From: Diplonema japonicum
Taxonomy: Eukaryota > Protista > Euglenozoa: Diplonemea
NCBI GenBank assembly: GCA_964019335.1
Contig: OZ025662.1
Span: forward strand, 620,001-684,000
DNA: 64,000 nucleotides
Direction: 5' to 3'
Positions within the stretch are counted from its first letter, which is position 1, and every line of letters starts with the position of its first letter. Below, piece by piece: positions 1-13,100 of this stretch. The position numbers were made by a program, and so were the translations under genes. The notes under the pieces are model-generated. The model saw only the letters and a program-made list of their open reading frames with translations, did not search any database and was not told where the DNA came from.

Positions 1-646
1 GGTGGAAGAGACCGCTACGTGCACCACCGCACGGCACAACACGTCACGTGCCTCGCTAGAGGATTGCAACGGGACCCTAGCGTCTTTGCGAGAGAAGCAC
101 GCGAAGCTCTTCGAAGACAAGAGCTTGCTTGAAGCAAAACACGCAAGCAAGAAGACAGCCACACAGACACTCCTTATCGAGAAGTTGAAGAAGAAGAATG
201 AGCTGTCCTCCTGTACAAAAGAAGCAAAAGAGATTGATGAAAAGATCGAGGCTAGCATAGCCAGCGGAGTAGTGCTGAAGCAAGAGATTGCTAAGTGTAA
301 AGAAGAGGCGGTGGCTGCGAAAGAAAAGCACAATGCAAAATGCGAACTGCTCGTGAAGTTGAAGCAAGAGCTGCTCAGGAAGAGCAAAGTTCTGGCCGCT
401 GTCAGCGAGGAGACTTCGGCGGAAGTCAGAAAGCACGACGACGAGCTGGCACAGGCCGTCGCTGCGCACGATGAGGTGCAGGAAAAGATCGGGAACCTTA
501 AAGCGTCCATCGAGTCCGTACGCACCACTCTCGCATTGCAAACTTCTCGTTTCCAAGAGGAGCTGGTCCACCTCACCACTTTGAACGCCAACAAACAACA
601 AGAACTCGACAAGTTAGATGAAAACATCGGCAAGTTGCAGTCGTAA
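1..646 (+). CDS. Coiled-coil protein, 5'-partial
   Basis: ORF open from the window edge; E/K/L/A-rich heptad pattern; stop TAA at 644-646. Confidence 0.75.
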   Translation, partial: VEETATCTTARHNTSRASLEDCNGTLASLREKHAKLFEDKSLLEAKHASKKTATQTLLIEKLKKKNELSSCTKEAKEIDEKIEASIASGVVLKQEIAKCKEEAVAAKEKHNAKCELLVKLKQELLRKSKVLAAVSEETSAEVRKHDDELAQAVAAHDEVQEKIGNLKASIESVRTTLALQTSRFQEELVHLTTLNANKQQELDKLDENIGKLQS

Positions 647-678
647 TGATATTTATTCCATTTTTACATTGAACATAA

Positions 679-1893
<1,215 letters not shown>

Positions 1894-2324
1894 AGCTGTC
1901 GTTGCCGCCTTCCTGACTGTTTTTCTGTGTTTTAAAGACTGAAAACGCGAATCTATCTATTTTCTAAAAGCACACTGGGCATTACACACTGGAGGGATGG
2001 GTGGTGGAATATATTTGCATTTGAAGAAAAAAGAGAAACAAAACAAAAATTCAAAAGGTTAAAGTGTAAAAGCTAAGTATGAATATAAAACGCCTAAAAA
2101 GAATGTCACACAAATGGGGGAAACTTGGGTGGGTGAACGTGTGGGAGGGATCTAATAACTCGCATTTCTTTTTTTTTTTTTTTTTTTGAAACTGAGGATT
2201 TTTTTTTCCCCCCCTCATCACTTGCATTTTTTTTAATATATTTTTTTTTACAAATATACCTCCAAAAAAAAAAAAAAAAAAAAAAAGTTGGGAGAGAGAA
2301 AGAGAGAGAGCGGGGAAAAGAAAA

Positions 2325-4174
2325 ATGTTAAGAAGACTACTCGGAAAGGGCTCAAGACGATGTTCATATCTGGCAGACCATGTGGTATATCTATATGAAA
2401 AAAGAAAAACAAGTAAATAATAACCAGAACGGCTCCTTTGAAGTGTGGAGTACGCCCATGCTTGGTGAGGCAAAGGAGTATCCATCGGCCGAAACGGTGA
2501 GTCAAATTCTACTGAAAGGCAGGTTGATGAAAAGACTCCACGCCACCGCGGAGAGCGAGACCGAGAAGAAGCTTCTACAAGAGGGCATCGAAAAAATGCT
2601 GAAAAAAGTGAAAAAGTACAACTTCAAAGAGGACAGAATGGAACCCAACGAGAGAAACGTATATATATATATATAAACATAAAAAAAAAAAAATAAAAAA
2701 ATAAAAAATCCCCATTTTCAGAACGCCTCAGATAAACTAGCATTAAACGTTCTTCTAAGATACACCCTGCGGCAAGGGAGTATAACACAAATGACGTTTG
2801 ATTGGATCCTCCGGGATCTCATTGACATCTACGGGTTCAAAATATTACAACCGGAAGAAATGGCGGGGATGTTGATAAGGTCAGGGCTGGTCGGGAAGGA
2901 GGAGAACATGTTGGTTCTGGCGAACAAAGCAAATCTTGAACCCCCAACATGGTACCTTGAAGCAATGGCTGACACAGAAACCCCCGACGACTGCGCTGAT
3001 TTCCGAGTGAACATTGAAGAAAGATGCTACGCCATCGACGACCCATCCACCTTTGAAGTCGATGACGCCATTTCCATTAAAGACGATTGGGTCACCGTTC
3101 ATGTAGCAGATGTGTCGCGGTACATGTCGTACAACTCAGAACTTCGTACAACAGCGCAGGGGCTTGCCACCACTGTGTACTTCCCAGAACGTGTTTTAAC
3201 CATGCTCCCCCGGTCTGTCATAGAATCTGGCACGCTGAAACCACACCCAGCCGAGTCGTATATGCTGTCTGTCGCGTTCAAATTCGATGAAAATCTCAAT
3301 GTCGTCGATAGAAAAATAATAGTCGGGAAAACCACGAACTGCGTTCGAATAACGTACGACCAGGTAGACTCCGTAACAGGCGACAACGGGAAAGAAAAAC
3401 AAACAACCGGTTCCAGCGACCTCCCCGAATGGTTCAATGACAACGACGCTGCCAACATCACCAAACTAAACGACTTGGCAAAGCGTTTAAGAAAGAAACG
3501 TGATGGCAACGGAGCACTGATGATCATGAGGCCGGAGTGGTACCCTTCCCTCACCGTACGCGATCCTGAAGCCGAGACACTTGAATACGATGTTGATGTA
3601 AAGCTCCGCGTCAACACACAGTTCGATTCTAGAAAGATCGTTGAAGAATTCATGATCATGGCAGGGCACAGTGTCGCCGAAGTGTGCTTAGAACACGATA
3701 TCCCTTGCCCTTACAGGGTCACCACTGCCGGGGAAGACGATTCTTTCTACCAAAGTTTCAGTTCTGCTGTGAAGCTTTCGCCTGTTGAACTTGATTCGGA
3801 GCAGAATCTGGAATCGCTCCCTGCAATGTACGAGCAGGGAACCCGGAAATTGAAAAACCAAAAAGCTGCGTTTTACTCCTCCATGTGCATCGGGCACGTT
3901 GCGCTCAAGGATACTTACAGCCATTTCACGTCGCCTTTGCGGCGGTACCCAGATTTGTTGCTTCACTACCATCTCAAAGATTGGCTGGTCAGCAAGAACG
4001 GGAAGAAGAGCATTGTGGCAAACGAGTCCTCTCCCACCGCCAGCGAGGAGACCGTGATCAACGAGATTTTAAAAAAAACGCTCCCCGTCGTCTGTGAGAG
4101 AGTGAGCGCGGTGTCGAATTCTAAGAAGAAGGTGATGCAGATGGTGAACGAGGTATTGCGGAAAAAAAGAAATA

Positions 4175-4209
<35 letters not shown>

Positions 4210-4544
4210 AAAACTGCAGACATGGTTGCTACGGGCAATGAAAAGGGACTGCGAGAAGAATGGCAATGAGGTTAAGCTGTATGTGGGTGAAACAGTATGA
4301 TTTTTTTAAAAAAGAAATATACAAGACAAAAAAAAAAAAAAAAAAAAAGAACTGGATTGCCGCCTCCCCGGAGCACAGTGTCTCACGAGGGAACTGTGAT
4401 TACTGCAGCACCATGGTGCTCGTGGACTACGGGCTGATGGAGAAGGTGTACCACGACGGCAGGTACAGGGAGGGGATGACAGCCAAGGCAACTGTTGATG
4501 CAGTTGAACCGAACTCTAGAGAAATATCCATGAGGATGATTTAA
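2325..4544 (+). CDS. RNB-domain (RNase II/DSS1-like) exoribonuclease, probably mitochondrial; introns 2385-2427, 2659-2721, 4153-4219, 4295-4349
   Basis: AIDDPSTFEVDDAIS, VHVADV, VEEFMI and YSHFTSPLRRYPDL motifs; MLRRLL presequence-like N-terminus; removing four GTAT..AG introns joins the ORF pieces in frame. Confidence 0.85.
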
Positions 4545-4685
4545 GGGGGGAAAAACCTTTTTTTGTACTCCTTAAAAAAGAAAAAAAAAAAATCACAATC
4601 GCAACGAAGTTGTTTCCCCCCCCCCCCCCCCCCTTCCCACCTCTCCACCTCTTTTGAACAGGGTATTATATAAAGAAAGAAAACC

Positions 4686-5606
4686 ATGAAAGAGTCCGTC
4701 CCCTTTGACCCGTGGACGAAATGGTGGTACAACTCCCCATACCTTACATCGTTAACAGCAGGGGGTATGGCCGGGTTGAGTGTTGATCTGATGCTGTTTC
4801 CTTTAGATAGTATCAAGACAAGAAGACAGGCCCATGGAGGGATGGCGAAGGCTGGCGGGATACGGAACCTGTACAGCGGGGTGCAAGCAGCGGCGATCGG
4901 AAGCGTCCCGTGCTCGGCACTTTTCTTCGTGACATATGAATGCAGCAAGAAGAACATACAAGAATGGAACACTACCGCACCCGACTGGGCGGTGAACGCG
5001 ACATCAGCAGCGCTTGGTGAAATCGTAGCATCCCACATACGTGTCCCTATGGAGATCATCAAACAGCGTCTACAGGTTGGTAAGGTTCGAAACATCTCCG
5101 AGGCACTGTCCAGCATGCGGCGAACAGGGGCCTTTGTCGGCTACAAGGCCACCCTAGCTCGCGACATCCCTTTCTCTATCCTTCAATACCCAATGTATGA
5201 GAAGGGTAAGCAATGGGTTGCCGGTTCTGAAACACTGCCTGCCTACGAAGCCGCTTTAATCGGTGCCTGTACAGGTTCCATATCAGCATTCATCACCACC
5301 CCCTTCGACGTTTGTAAAACCCGTGTAATGCTGCAAGCTTCTCTTTCTAACCATGGGCCTCTTACCTCTCTGCGATGTATATACGCACAAGAGGGCTTGC
5401 GGGGGCTGTACAAAGGTTGTCTAACACGCTCGGTGTGGATGGGCCTTGGGGGACTGATTTTCTTGGGTACATATGAACAATCAAAAATCCTGCTTTGCGG
5501 AGAGGAGCAGAATCTGGAAGACCGAATCTGGGACCTGGATGACACAGAAGTGCCCACCATCAATATTAAAAAGAAACCGCGGGAGGATAAGAAATGGGTT
5601 TTGTAG
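4686..5606 (+). CDS. Mitochondrial carrier, S-adenosylmethionine carrier-like (SLC25A26/SAM5 type)
   Basis: Three PX[DE]XX[KR] signatures (PLDSIKTR, PMEIIKQR, PFDVCKTR); FPLDSIKT, RDIPFS and TTPFDV resemble SAM carriers. Confidence 0.88.
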   Translation: MKESVPFDPWTKWWYNSPYLTSLTAGGMAGLSVDLMLFPLDSIKTRRQAHGGMAKAGGIRNLYSGVQAAAIGSVPCSALFFVTYECSKKNIQEWNTTAPDWAVNATSAALGEIVASHIRVPMEIIKQRLQVGKVRNISEALSSMRRTGAFVGYKATLARDIPFSILQYPMYEKGKQWVAGSETLPAYEAALIGACTGSISAFITTPFDVCKTRVMLQASLSNHGPLTSLRCIYAQEGLRGLYKGCLTRSVWMGLGGLIFLGTYEQSKILLCGEEQNLEDRIWDLDDTEVPTINIKKKPREDKKWVL

Positions 5607-5735
5607 ATATATTTTTTTCTTTCTTTCTTCTTTTTTTTTAAAAAAAAAAAAAAAGGGTATTTTTTTTTCATGTAAACCCGGGACTCTGGGGAGAGTATTT
5701 TACCTAGATTTCAGAAGTTCCCCCTTTTTTCCCCC

Positions 5736-5773
5736 ACCAACGATTCTAAAGCTACAGTTTCTGTACTTTATTG
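5736..5773 (+). ncRNA. Spliced-leader (SL) exon sequence, 38 of 39 nt, followed by a GTAT donor; forms the head of a retroelement rather than a stand-alone SL RNA gene
   Basis: ACCAACGATTCTAAAGCTACAGTTTCTGTACTTTATTG closely matches the diplonemid SL as recalled (AACCAACGATTTAAAAGCTACAGTTTCTGTACTTTATTG) and the conserved kinetoplastid SL 3' half. Confidence 0.88.
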
Positions 5774-7260
5774 GTATCGACCGTGCCAATAAAGGAACCA
5801 GGTAGAGCGGTTTGAAAAGAAATAAAATCGAAATCACGAGCAGCAGTGTAGAAAGTTAAATATCAGAGATCAATCGAGAGAAGTGGAAGTGAAGTGAAAG
5901 GGAATATATCAGTGAACAGTCGAAAATTGAAAGGTTGAAAAGTTGTTCAGAATAGGAGTACGAAGTTATAAATTTTTTGAAGTGAACCCCTCCCTACTAC
6001 ATCCCACCCCGCCACCAGCCCAAACATGGACCCCCATCAGCTGGTCCAGAGAGCCCAGCGCCTTCTAGCTGGCAACCTCTCAGAGGAGAACAAAAGCCTG
6101 GTGCTGACCACCCTCGACTGCGTTCTACAGCTAGTCGAGAAGGCACAGGCCAATCATCAGCCGTCCTCCCCGCAGCCCCTACAGGCTCACTTACCAGATG
6201 CATTGTTGGAGGGGTTCGTCTTCCTATATGATTGGATAGAGGAGGGGGGGTGCTGGCCCAAGGCAGTCCTCACAGCTCTAGTAACGATGATCCCGAAAGG
6301 GGAATCCGAAGAACCGCTAGAACACCGCCCTATCACGGTATCGAGCGCGTTCTACCGCTATGGGCAGGTGCGAGGCTACCAGCAATCCTCGAGTGGCAGG
6401 AAGCGTGGATCACCCCTCTCCAGTTCGGTTTCAGACCGGAACACAGCACAGACGACCTCCTCGCCCGGGTCTGCACCAGTGTAGAATTGCGAAGGAGCAA
6501 GAACACAGGAGCTGGCCGAACTGCACCCTACACGGAATCATTACAACGGACTCGGACATCAGCCTGCCAAGAGTCAAGGAACTCCACCTGATGCTTGCAG
6601 ATATTGCAGGAAAACTCGATTGTCTGCACGCCGACAAGCAGGTCAGGTACGCAAACCAGCATTTCTGGAATAGACCTTTCCAGCCAGGGAACCTCTTAAC
6701 CCCGAAACCTCTCACTTGGTACCACAAGCACGGGCTGGCGAAGAGTACTTCCCAGGCCTAATCCCTTTATCCTCAAATGGCTGAAAGCCCTCAAGTGGGG
6801 CAGGACGGTGGGCAGGTGTCCAAGGCGGAACTTGCGGTCGACCTAATTGCAACAGAAAGGATCCACATGGATGGTGAAGACCTAGCGAGCTGGGCAAGAA
6901 AAATCGGCGGAATCCTAAGAGTTTTGGGCAGGATTCACCAAAAAGGCACGGGGACCTGATTCCAGCAGAACCTAAGAAATCAGTACACTCTTTGCGTACC
7001 CTAGGGCTCCACAGCCATCCCATCACTGGGTACTCCACTCGACCGGTCTTCGCATCCCCGAAGGTCACCCACCCTATCCTAGAGGAACAGTTACGAACTC
7101 ATTGCATCCTCAACAACTCGCTAGTTGGTTTCACGCCCAAGCTGCTGAGAACATACCACGACGGGCCTAAGGCACTACCACGACAGAAGGGATCAAACAC
7201 TAGATGAGTTGATTGTCGTTAGGCGATCCTGTCACATACTGCAGGCTTCCTCAAAGACAT
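5736..7260 (+). mobile_element. Element A: internally deleted, non-autonomous non-LTR retroelement with SL head
   Basis: RT fragment (LVTMIPKGE..LEHRPITVSS..QFGFRPEHSTDD) joined to ORF2 C-terminal remnants (WPNCTLHGII, ELAVDL, GYSTRPVFAS) that match element B; frameshifted; shares its 5' motif with 44903-44965. Confidence 0.85.
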
Positions 7261-7299
7261 CTTTTTTTTTTTCTTTTTTGATACATGATGTGGTTATGT

Positions 7300-7342
<43 letters not shown>

Positions 7343-8349
7343 CCCTGCCTTTTGGGCATACGGTGCAGAAGCTGTCGGAGCAATAAGACATCGCGGCACT
7401 GTTCAGTAAGAACGCTGAAAAAAGCTACGATCGGAAAATGAAGGCTGTGCTCCAGAAGGGAAGATTTTAATTAGAATTCTTTTTTTTTTTTTTTTGCAGT
7501 ATAAAAAAGGAGAAATTTAATGGGTTTTTTTATCCTTTACTGGATCCCCCCCCTTTGGGTTATCTGGAGAAGCGCTCTGTGTAGAAGCGAGTCTTCTTGG
7601 TGGAAAGGGTAAAATTGGAAAAATAGTCTCATTTTTTTTTCTTGTTTCTTTTTTATCAGATTTCCCCCCCCCCCCTTTTTTTTCCAGGTGGTGGGGGATA
7701 ACATGAAAATATAAGAAAAAAACATCAGATGTGTTGCTCGACCTCCTCGACGGTCAGCACCGGTAGCGCCCGAGTGAGACTGTAGTCAAGTAGACAGTTC
7801 TTGTGCAGGGCGCCGCCAACACCGGCCTCTTTAACTCTTATATTCCTTTTTTCCCGTGTGTTTTTTTTTGTGTGTTGCAAAAATAATGACATTCTTTTAC
7901 ACACAAAAAAACATGCCACCATCCCCCCTTTTTTTTTCCTCCTGATTTATGGTTCCTCTCCCCCTCCCCCCTTTATTTTCCCCTTTTTTCCCTTTTGTTG
8001 TTTTCTTTTTTGTTTGGTCTATTTTCTTTTTTTTTTTATAAGAAGAGAGGGGAAAAAAAAAAAGAAGAAGAAGAAAATAATGAAACAAAAAAAGGAAGGA
8101 AATGGAGGTTAATGGGTGGGGGGGGAGGGGGGTATTCATCACTTTTCTTTTTATGCTTTTTTTCTCTTTTTTTTTTTTTTTTTGGCTTGAAGAGAAGGGA
8201 GCGAGTCAAACTATGTATAAGGAGACAGGTTTATCTGCTTTACCCACTGCGGTGAGGTTCTGTTCTTATCTCGTTTGACCTAGGAGAGAAAAAAGAAAAA
8301 AAAAAGAGGAAAAAAAAAAGAATTTTCGTTTTCGCTCCGTACTTTTTTC

Positions 8350-8390
8350 CAGTGAGCACTCCCCTGCACACTGAAACTTTAGCGAATTTT
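8350..8390 (+). repeat. Dispersed repeat family T1 (CAGTGAGCA..TGCACACTGAAA..CGA); other copies at 18392-18430, 40422-40462, 53344-53375
   Basis: Direct similarity between copies; hairpin CAGTG-A-GCA/TGC-A-CACTG in the two best copies. Confidence 0.7.
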
Positions 8391-10755
8391 TATTGAGTCT
8401 CATACGCCAGCTGGGGGCTTACAGCTAGGACTGAAGACCAGGGGGCTTGTATTATTTTTTTTTTAAAAAAAAAAAGAAAATAAAAATAAAAAAAAAAAAA
8501 GAAAGAAAGTGGGAGGAAGAAAGGCAGAGTTTTCACCCTGTTCACGGGATATTTTTTTTCTCCCCAAAAAAATTGAAAAAAATATTTTTTTTTTTTTTGC
8601 AATTCTGTTTTTAACAAAAAAAAAAAAAAAAAAAAAAAAAAACGGGGCTGGGAGAGGGGGGAAATAATAGCATTTCTTAGCAGTTTTTTTTTGGGGGGGA
8701 GATGTAATAGGCTTTGTTGTCGAAATGTCCCCCCCCCCCCCCCCCCGTCATTTGCTTCCTCTCCCTCCCCTTGGCCGCCCTCTTTGATTCCTTAACACAT
8801 TGTCGAACTATCTTAGTTGTACTTGAACATGCAATTATCAAGTGCACATAAACTTTTTTTTTTTCTTTTTTGCGGAAACCGTGGTGGGGAACAGTACCCT
8901 CCATGCCTGCTGGGACGCTAGTAGGAACGATGAGGTCAGATAGCTGACGTCGCATTTTTCTTTTTTTTTCCCCAGTGCCCCCCCCAAAAAAAAGATTTTT
9001 TAGAGATGTATCGCAACGTAAAATTTTAAAAATGCTAATGTTGTGTGTCTTTGGCTTTGCCCTCCTTCGATACTTTTTCTCCAAGCTTCTCAAGCATGGG
9101 GAAAACCACAAAAGAAAAAAAAAATCTAACATTTACACCAAATCTTTTTTTTTACGTTTCAAATTTTCGGGAACTAAAAATCCTTTCTACCCCTATTTTT
9201 TTTTTTTTTTTTTTTTGGGAATTGGGAAAAGTCTTTGAACACACCGCATTTTCTTTTTTGCTCAAAAATCAATGATTTTAGAGGGCAACTAAAGACATTC
9301 TTCTTTTTTTTTCTTCTTCTTTTGCAAGAACGAGTCTTTAAATTCATTTCTTCCTTTAACTTACCGTGTGAAAGAAAAGAAGAGAAAAAAGAAAGAAAAA
9401 AAACAAAGAAATAAAAAAACCGAGTGGGGGCACCCCCTCTTTTTAAGTACAAATGGGCGGTATTAGAAAAAAAAATCTTTTTTTCCCTCCTTTTTTTTTT
9501 TTTTTTTGCCCCTCCAGATTTGCTCAGGCCGCAACCTCAGTACCCTGGATTTAAAAAAAAAAAAAAAAGAAAAAAACAGGGGTTTTTCTTTTCTTCTGTT
9601 TACCCCCTTTCAAACTGTTCACGGACTTTAGTATCATTGTGGCCTCTCACCCCCCCACCCCCAACGAAAAAAAACAAAGAAGAAAGTTTTTTCGATTACG
9701 TCAGTGAAGAAATAAAAAAAGAAAGGGAGGGGTGAAAAAGAGAAACAGGGTTGCTTTGAGGTGCTTACAGCGTGGTTGTGCTGTGCTGTGCTGTGCTTTT
9801 ATTTTAGTATTTCATTGTTTTCTTTTTTTTTTTTTTTTTTGATTTGATGTTTCTAATGTCCATGATGTATTTCAAGCCCTCATGCCCACATGCGCCCTGC
9901 CACCCACCCCGGACGAAGAAATCCCTTCAGACATGGAAGGGAAATGGAAAGAAGAAGAAAAAAAAAAGAGAAAAAAAAGAAGAAAAAAACATTTAAAAAT
10001 AAAGTGGGCTTGATAATCTGTCTCGCTACGGCGGTTCCCCCCCCCCCCCCCCCCCTGAGGGACTGATCAATAAAGCCTACTTTTAATTCATAAATCTTTG
10101 TAATTTTATTAAATTTTCTTTCTTTTATATATTTAAGGGGAAAAAAAAAAAAAAAAAAAAAAAAAAGATTTCAAAGATTTTTACCCGAGTTTGATCTCCT
10201 TATTATTATTATTTTTTATTCCGGAGAACAGTGGTCTTATGTGAGTGCAATACCCCCCCTCGTCCTCTCTAGCGTTCCTCTGAGCGCAGAGGGAAAAAAA
10301 AAAAAAAAAAAAAAAGAAAAGGAGAGAAAAATGAAATAAAGTGCTTTTAGGAAAAAATACTAAAAAAAAAAAAAAAAAGAAAAGTAGGGAGAAAGGCTTT
10401 TTTGTTGTTGTTTTTTCCCCCGATGTGTATTGAGCTAGTTCGATATTCCTGGCCTCTCCTCTCCCCCTCCCACCCCCTTCACCTCACGTTTTCGTTATGT
10501 TTGAAAGGAAGGTTTAGCGAAGGGGGGAAAAGAAAATATTTTCCCCTTTTACTAGCAGAATGGCAGGGGGGTTTTTTTTTTTCTTCTTCTTTCCCGTCCC
10601 TTTCCCCCCCATTTTTTTTCACCCCCACAACCCACTACCACGCTTTTTTACAATTCTTTTTCTTTTTTTTTTTTTTTTTTGGTGGCCATTTTTTTGCTGA
10701 CATCCCCCCATCATAGTGAAGTTTCCTCCAAAAAAAAAAAAAAAGAATTGTCGCC

Positions 10756-10788
<33 letters not shown>

Positions 10789-10946
10789 CCCGTTGTTCTC
10801 TCTCCATCTTTTTTTTTTTTTTCTCCTAAAAATTTTATTGTTTTTTTTTTTTTTTTTACAATTCAAGTTCAAAAGAAAAAAAAAAAGAGAGAGAAAAAAG
10901 AAAAAAAAAAAAAAAAAAAACGAGAAAAGAGAAAAGAAAAAAAAAT

Positions 10947-12309
10947 ATGAAAGTCCCGTTCGCAAAGCTCCACGTGGGCGACGATGGCATCGAGGGTTTG
11001 AAGAAGTACAAGTACTCCGGGCAGGACTTGTCCCTAGTCAGCAAGTACATCCTGCAGCCCTACTGGAGGTACACGGTGAATTTCCTACCGAGGACGCTTG
11101 CACCGAACGCAGTTACTTTGGTAGGCTTGGGGATGATCACAGGAAGCTACCTATTAGTAGAACAATTTTCCCCAAACTGCAGGACTGACACCCCTAAGTG
11201 GGTGTGGGCCACAGTGGCTGCCTGTCTCTTTGGATACCAAACCCTTGACGCTCTTGACGGGAAGCAGGCCCGGCGAACAGGGACGTCGTCTCCTCTTGGA
11301 GAACTCTTTGACCACGGTTGTGACGCCATGGGAACACATCTTATCTCCCTTAACACAATGTCGGCTTTAATGATCCCTAAGGACTCCTTTTACTGGGCTG
11401 TCATGTACTGCCTTCTCCTTTCTGGCGGGTTCTATTTCTGCGCATGGGAGCAGTACCACACAGGGACCCTAACCCTTGGGTATGTTAATGGGCCTGTTGA
11501 AGGTATTCTCTTCCTGATCGGTATCTATATGGTGAGCTCTGTCTTCGGGAACACCTTCTGGACCGAGAACAGCTACGAGGGGCTTCCTTACTGGAACTAC
11601 CTTATTGCTGTTGCTTGTTTGAGCGGGGTGCTCACCCTTGGGGGGAACATCATCAATGTTATAAGATTCAACTCGACCGGTGGGACATCCATTCACCCTC
11701 TTCTCACACTCGCTCCTGTCCTTTACATGGTGGCATCTGTTGTGGCATTGTATATCCACCACACCGACTATGTGACTGGTGATGGGTACAGGACACTTTG
11801 CTGTGCATATGGGATGGCTGTTGCGAATGTATGTAGGGGTGGAGGGGAAGACATAACACTACACAACACACAGAGCTGTGGAGGGTTTGTGATATCGCGT
11901 GTCTGCAATGTGCTGAACAGGATCATGAAGGGGCTGATCATCCCCACTCTGGGTTTCCCTGTCGCTGCCATTCTTTACACCGTGGTATTATAGAGATGGG
12001 AAAAAAAAAAAAAAAAAAAAAAGAAAAAAAAAAGGTTCCTCAATACCTGTCCGCTGAGGACAGCGCGTGGTTGGTCTCAACCCTGCCTTTGTTCATGAAG
12101 TACTACCTGTACATGCTGTGCGCGCTCTACATCCACATCGCCTTTAGCGTTTGCGACCGGATTTGTGGGGTATGTTTGAAAGCAGAAGGGGGGTTTAAAA
12201 AAAAAAAAAGGCTTGCAATATTAACGCGCTCACGATGACTGACGCCCAGATCAAGACGGCGAAGGAGCTTCAGGCAAAAGAGCTCGAGGAGGCAAAGAAG
12301 TTGAAATAG
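10947..12309 (+). CDS. CEPT1: Choline/ethanolamine phosphotransferase (CDP-alcohol phosphotransferase); introns 11829-11873, 11985-12034, 12170-12210
   Basis: YKYSG.D.S, APNAVTL and DALDGKQARRTGTSSPLGELFDHGCD signature; splicing gives the C-terminus ICGACNINALTM..KKLK*. Confidence 0.9.
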
Positions 12310-13100
12310 AAGAAGAAGAAAAAAAAAAAAAGAAAAAAAAAAAAACGGGGGGGAAAAAAAAGTTGCTGCTTTTTCTTTCTTTATTATTATTTTTTTTTTT
12401 TAGTAGTATTCACCGTGCTAACACCACCAGTGAATTTTTTTTCTCTCTTTCCGACGGGGGAAGAAGCCTTTCTTTTTTTTTTTAAAAAGCCTTCTCTCTG
12501 TTTTTTTCTTCCTTCCTAGTGTTTGCCCTGGGTATTCTTTTTTTAATTAATTATAAAACGGCCTTTTCCAGCTGTATTAAGACGCGTTATTTGATTTTTT
12601 TGCAAGAACGAGTCTTTGACTTGTCTAAACAAAAGGGGAACGTTGGCAACGTGTTTCGGGTTGACAAACTTCTCCAGGTTTTACCCGGCACGTACAAACA
12701 ACGGCCAGTTCCTCTTTTTTCTATACTACATGGAATTATCAAACTAAAAAAAAAGGGAGAATTATAGCTTAAGCTTTTTCTTTCTTGTGGTCTACAACTC
12801 GCTCGGATTGATACAAAAAGAAAAAGGGGGGGGAAAAAAAAGAAGAATTAACCTACCTGTAACCACGTTACTTTTCAAAAAAAATAGTTTTTTTTCCTAG
12901 CCATGTGTTCAACAGATTTTAAGGAAGAAAGGGCAACTGCGGAGGGGAAGAGGAAAAAAAAAAGAAATTTTTTTTTGTTCCCTTACCGTTCCCTCTTTTT
13001 ATTACGACCCCCCCTTCCCGATACATTACATTGTTTTAGATTTTGTTGAAAAAAGCACGCAAGACAACAAAAGGAAAATACATTTAAAAAAAAGAAAAAG

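Noticed and set aside
5766-5815. HDV-like ribozyme of the L1Tc/ingi 77-nt type
   Set aside because: Could not build the nested P1/P1.1/P2/P3/P4 topology; only a simple hairpin/pseudoknot is supported.
5736-5880. Functional stand-alone SL RNA gene
   Set aside because: The first base is not A, there is no clear Sm site or T-tract terminator, it is not in a tandem array, and it runs straight into a retroelement.
7725-10965. Many poly-Phe/poly-Lys ORFs
   Set aside because: Translations of homopolymer runs.
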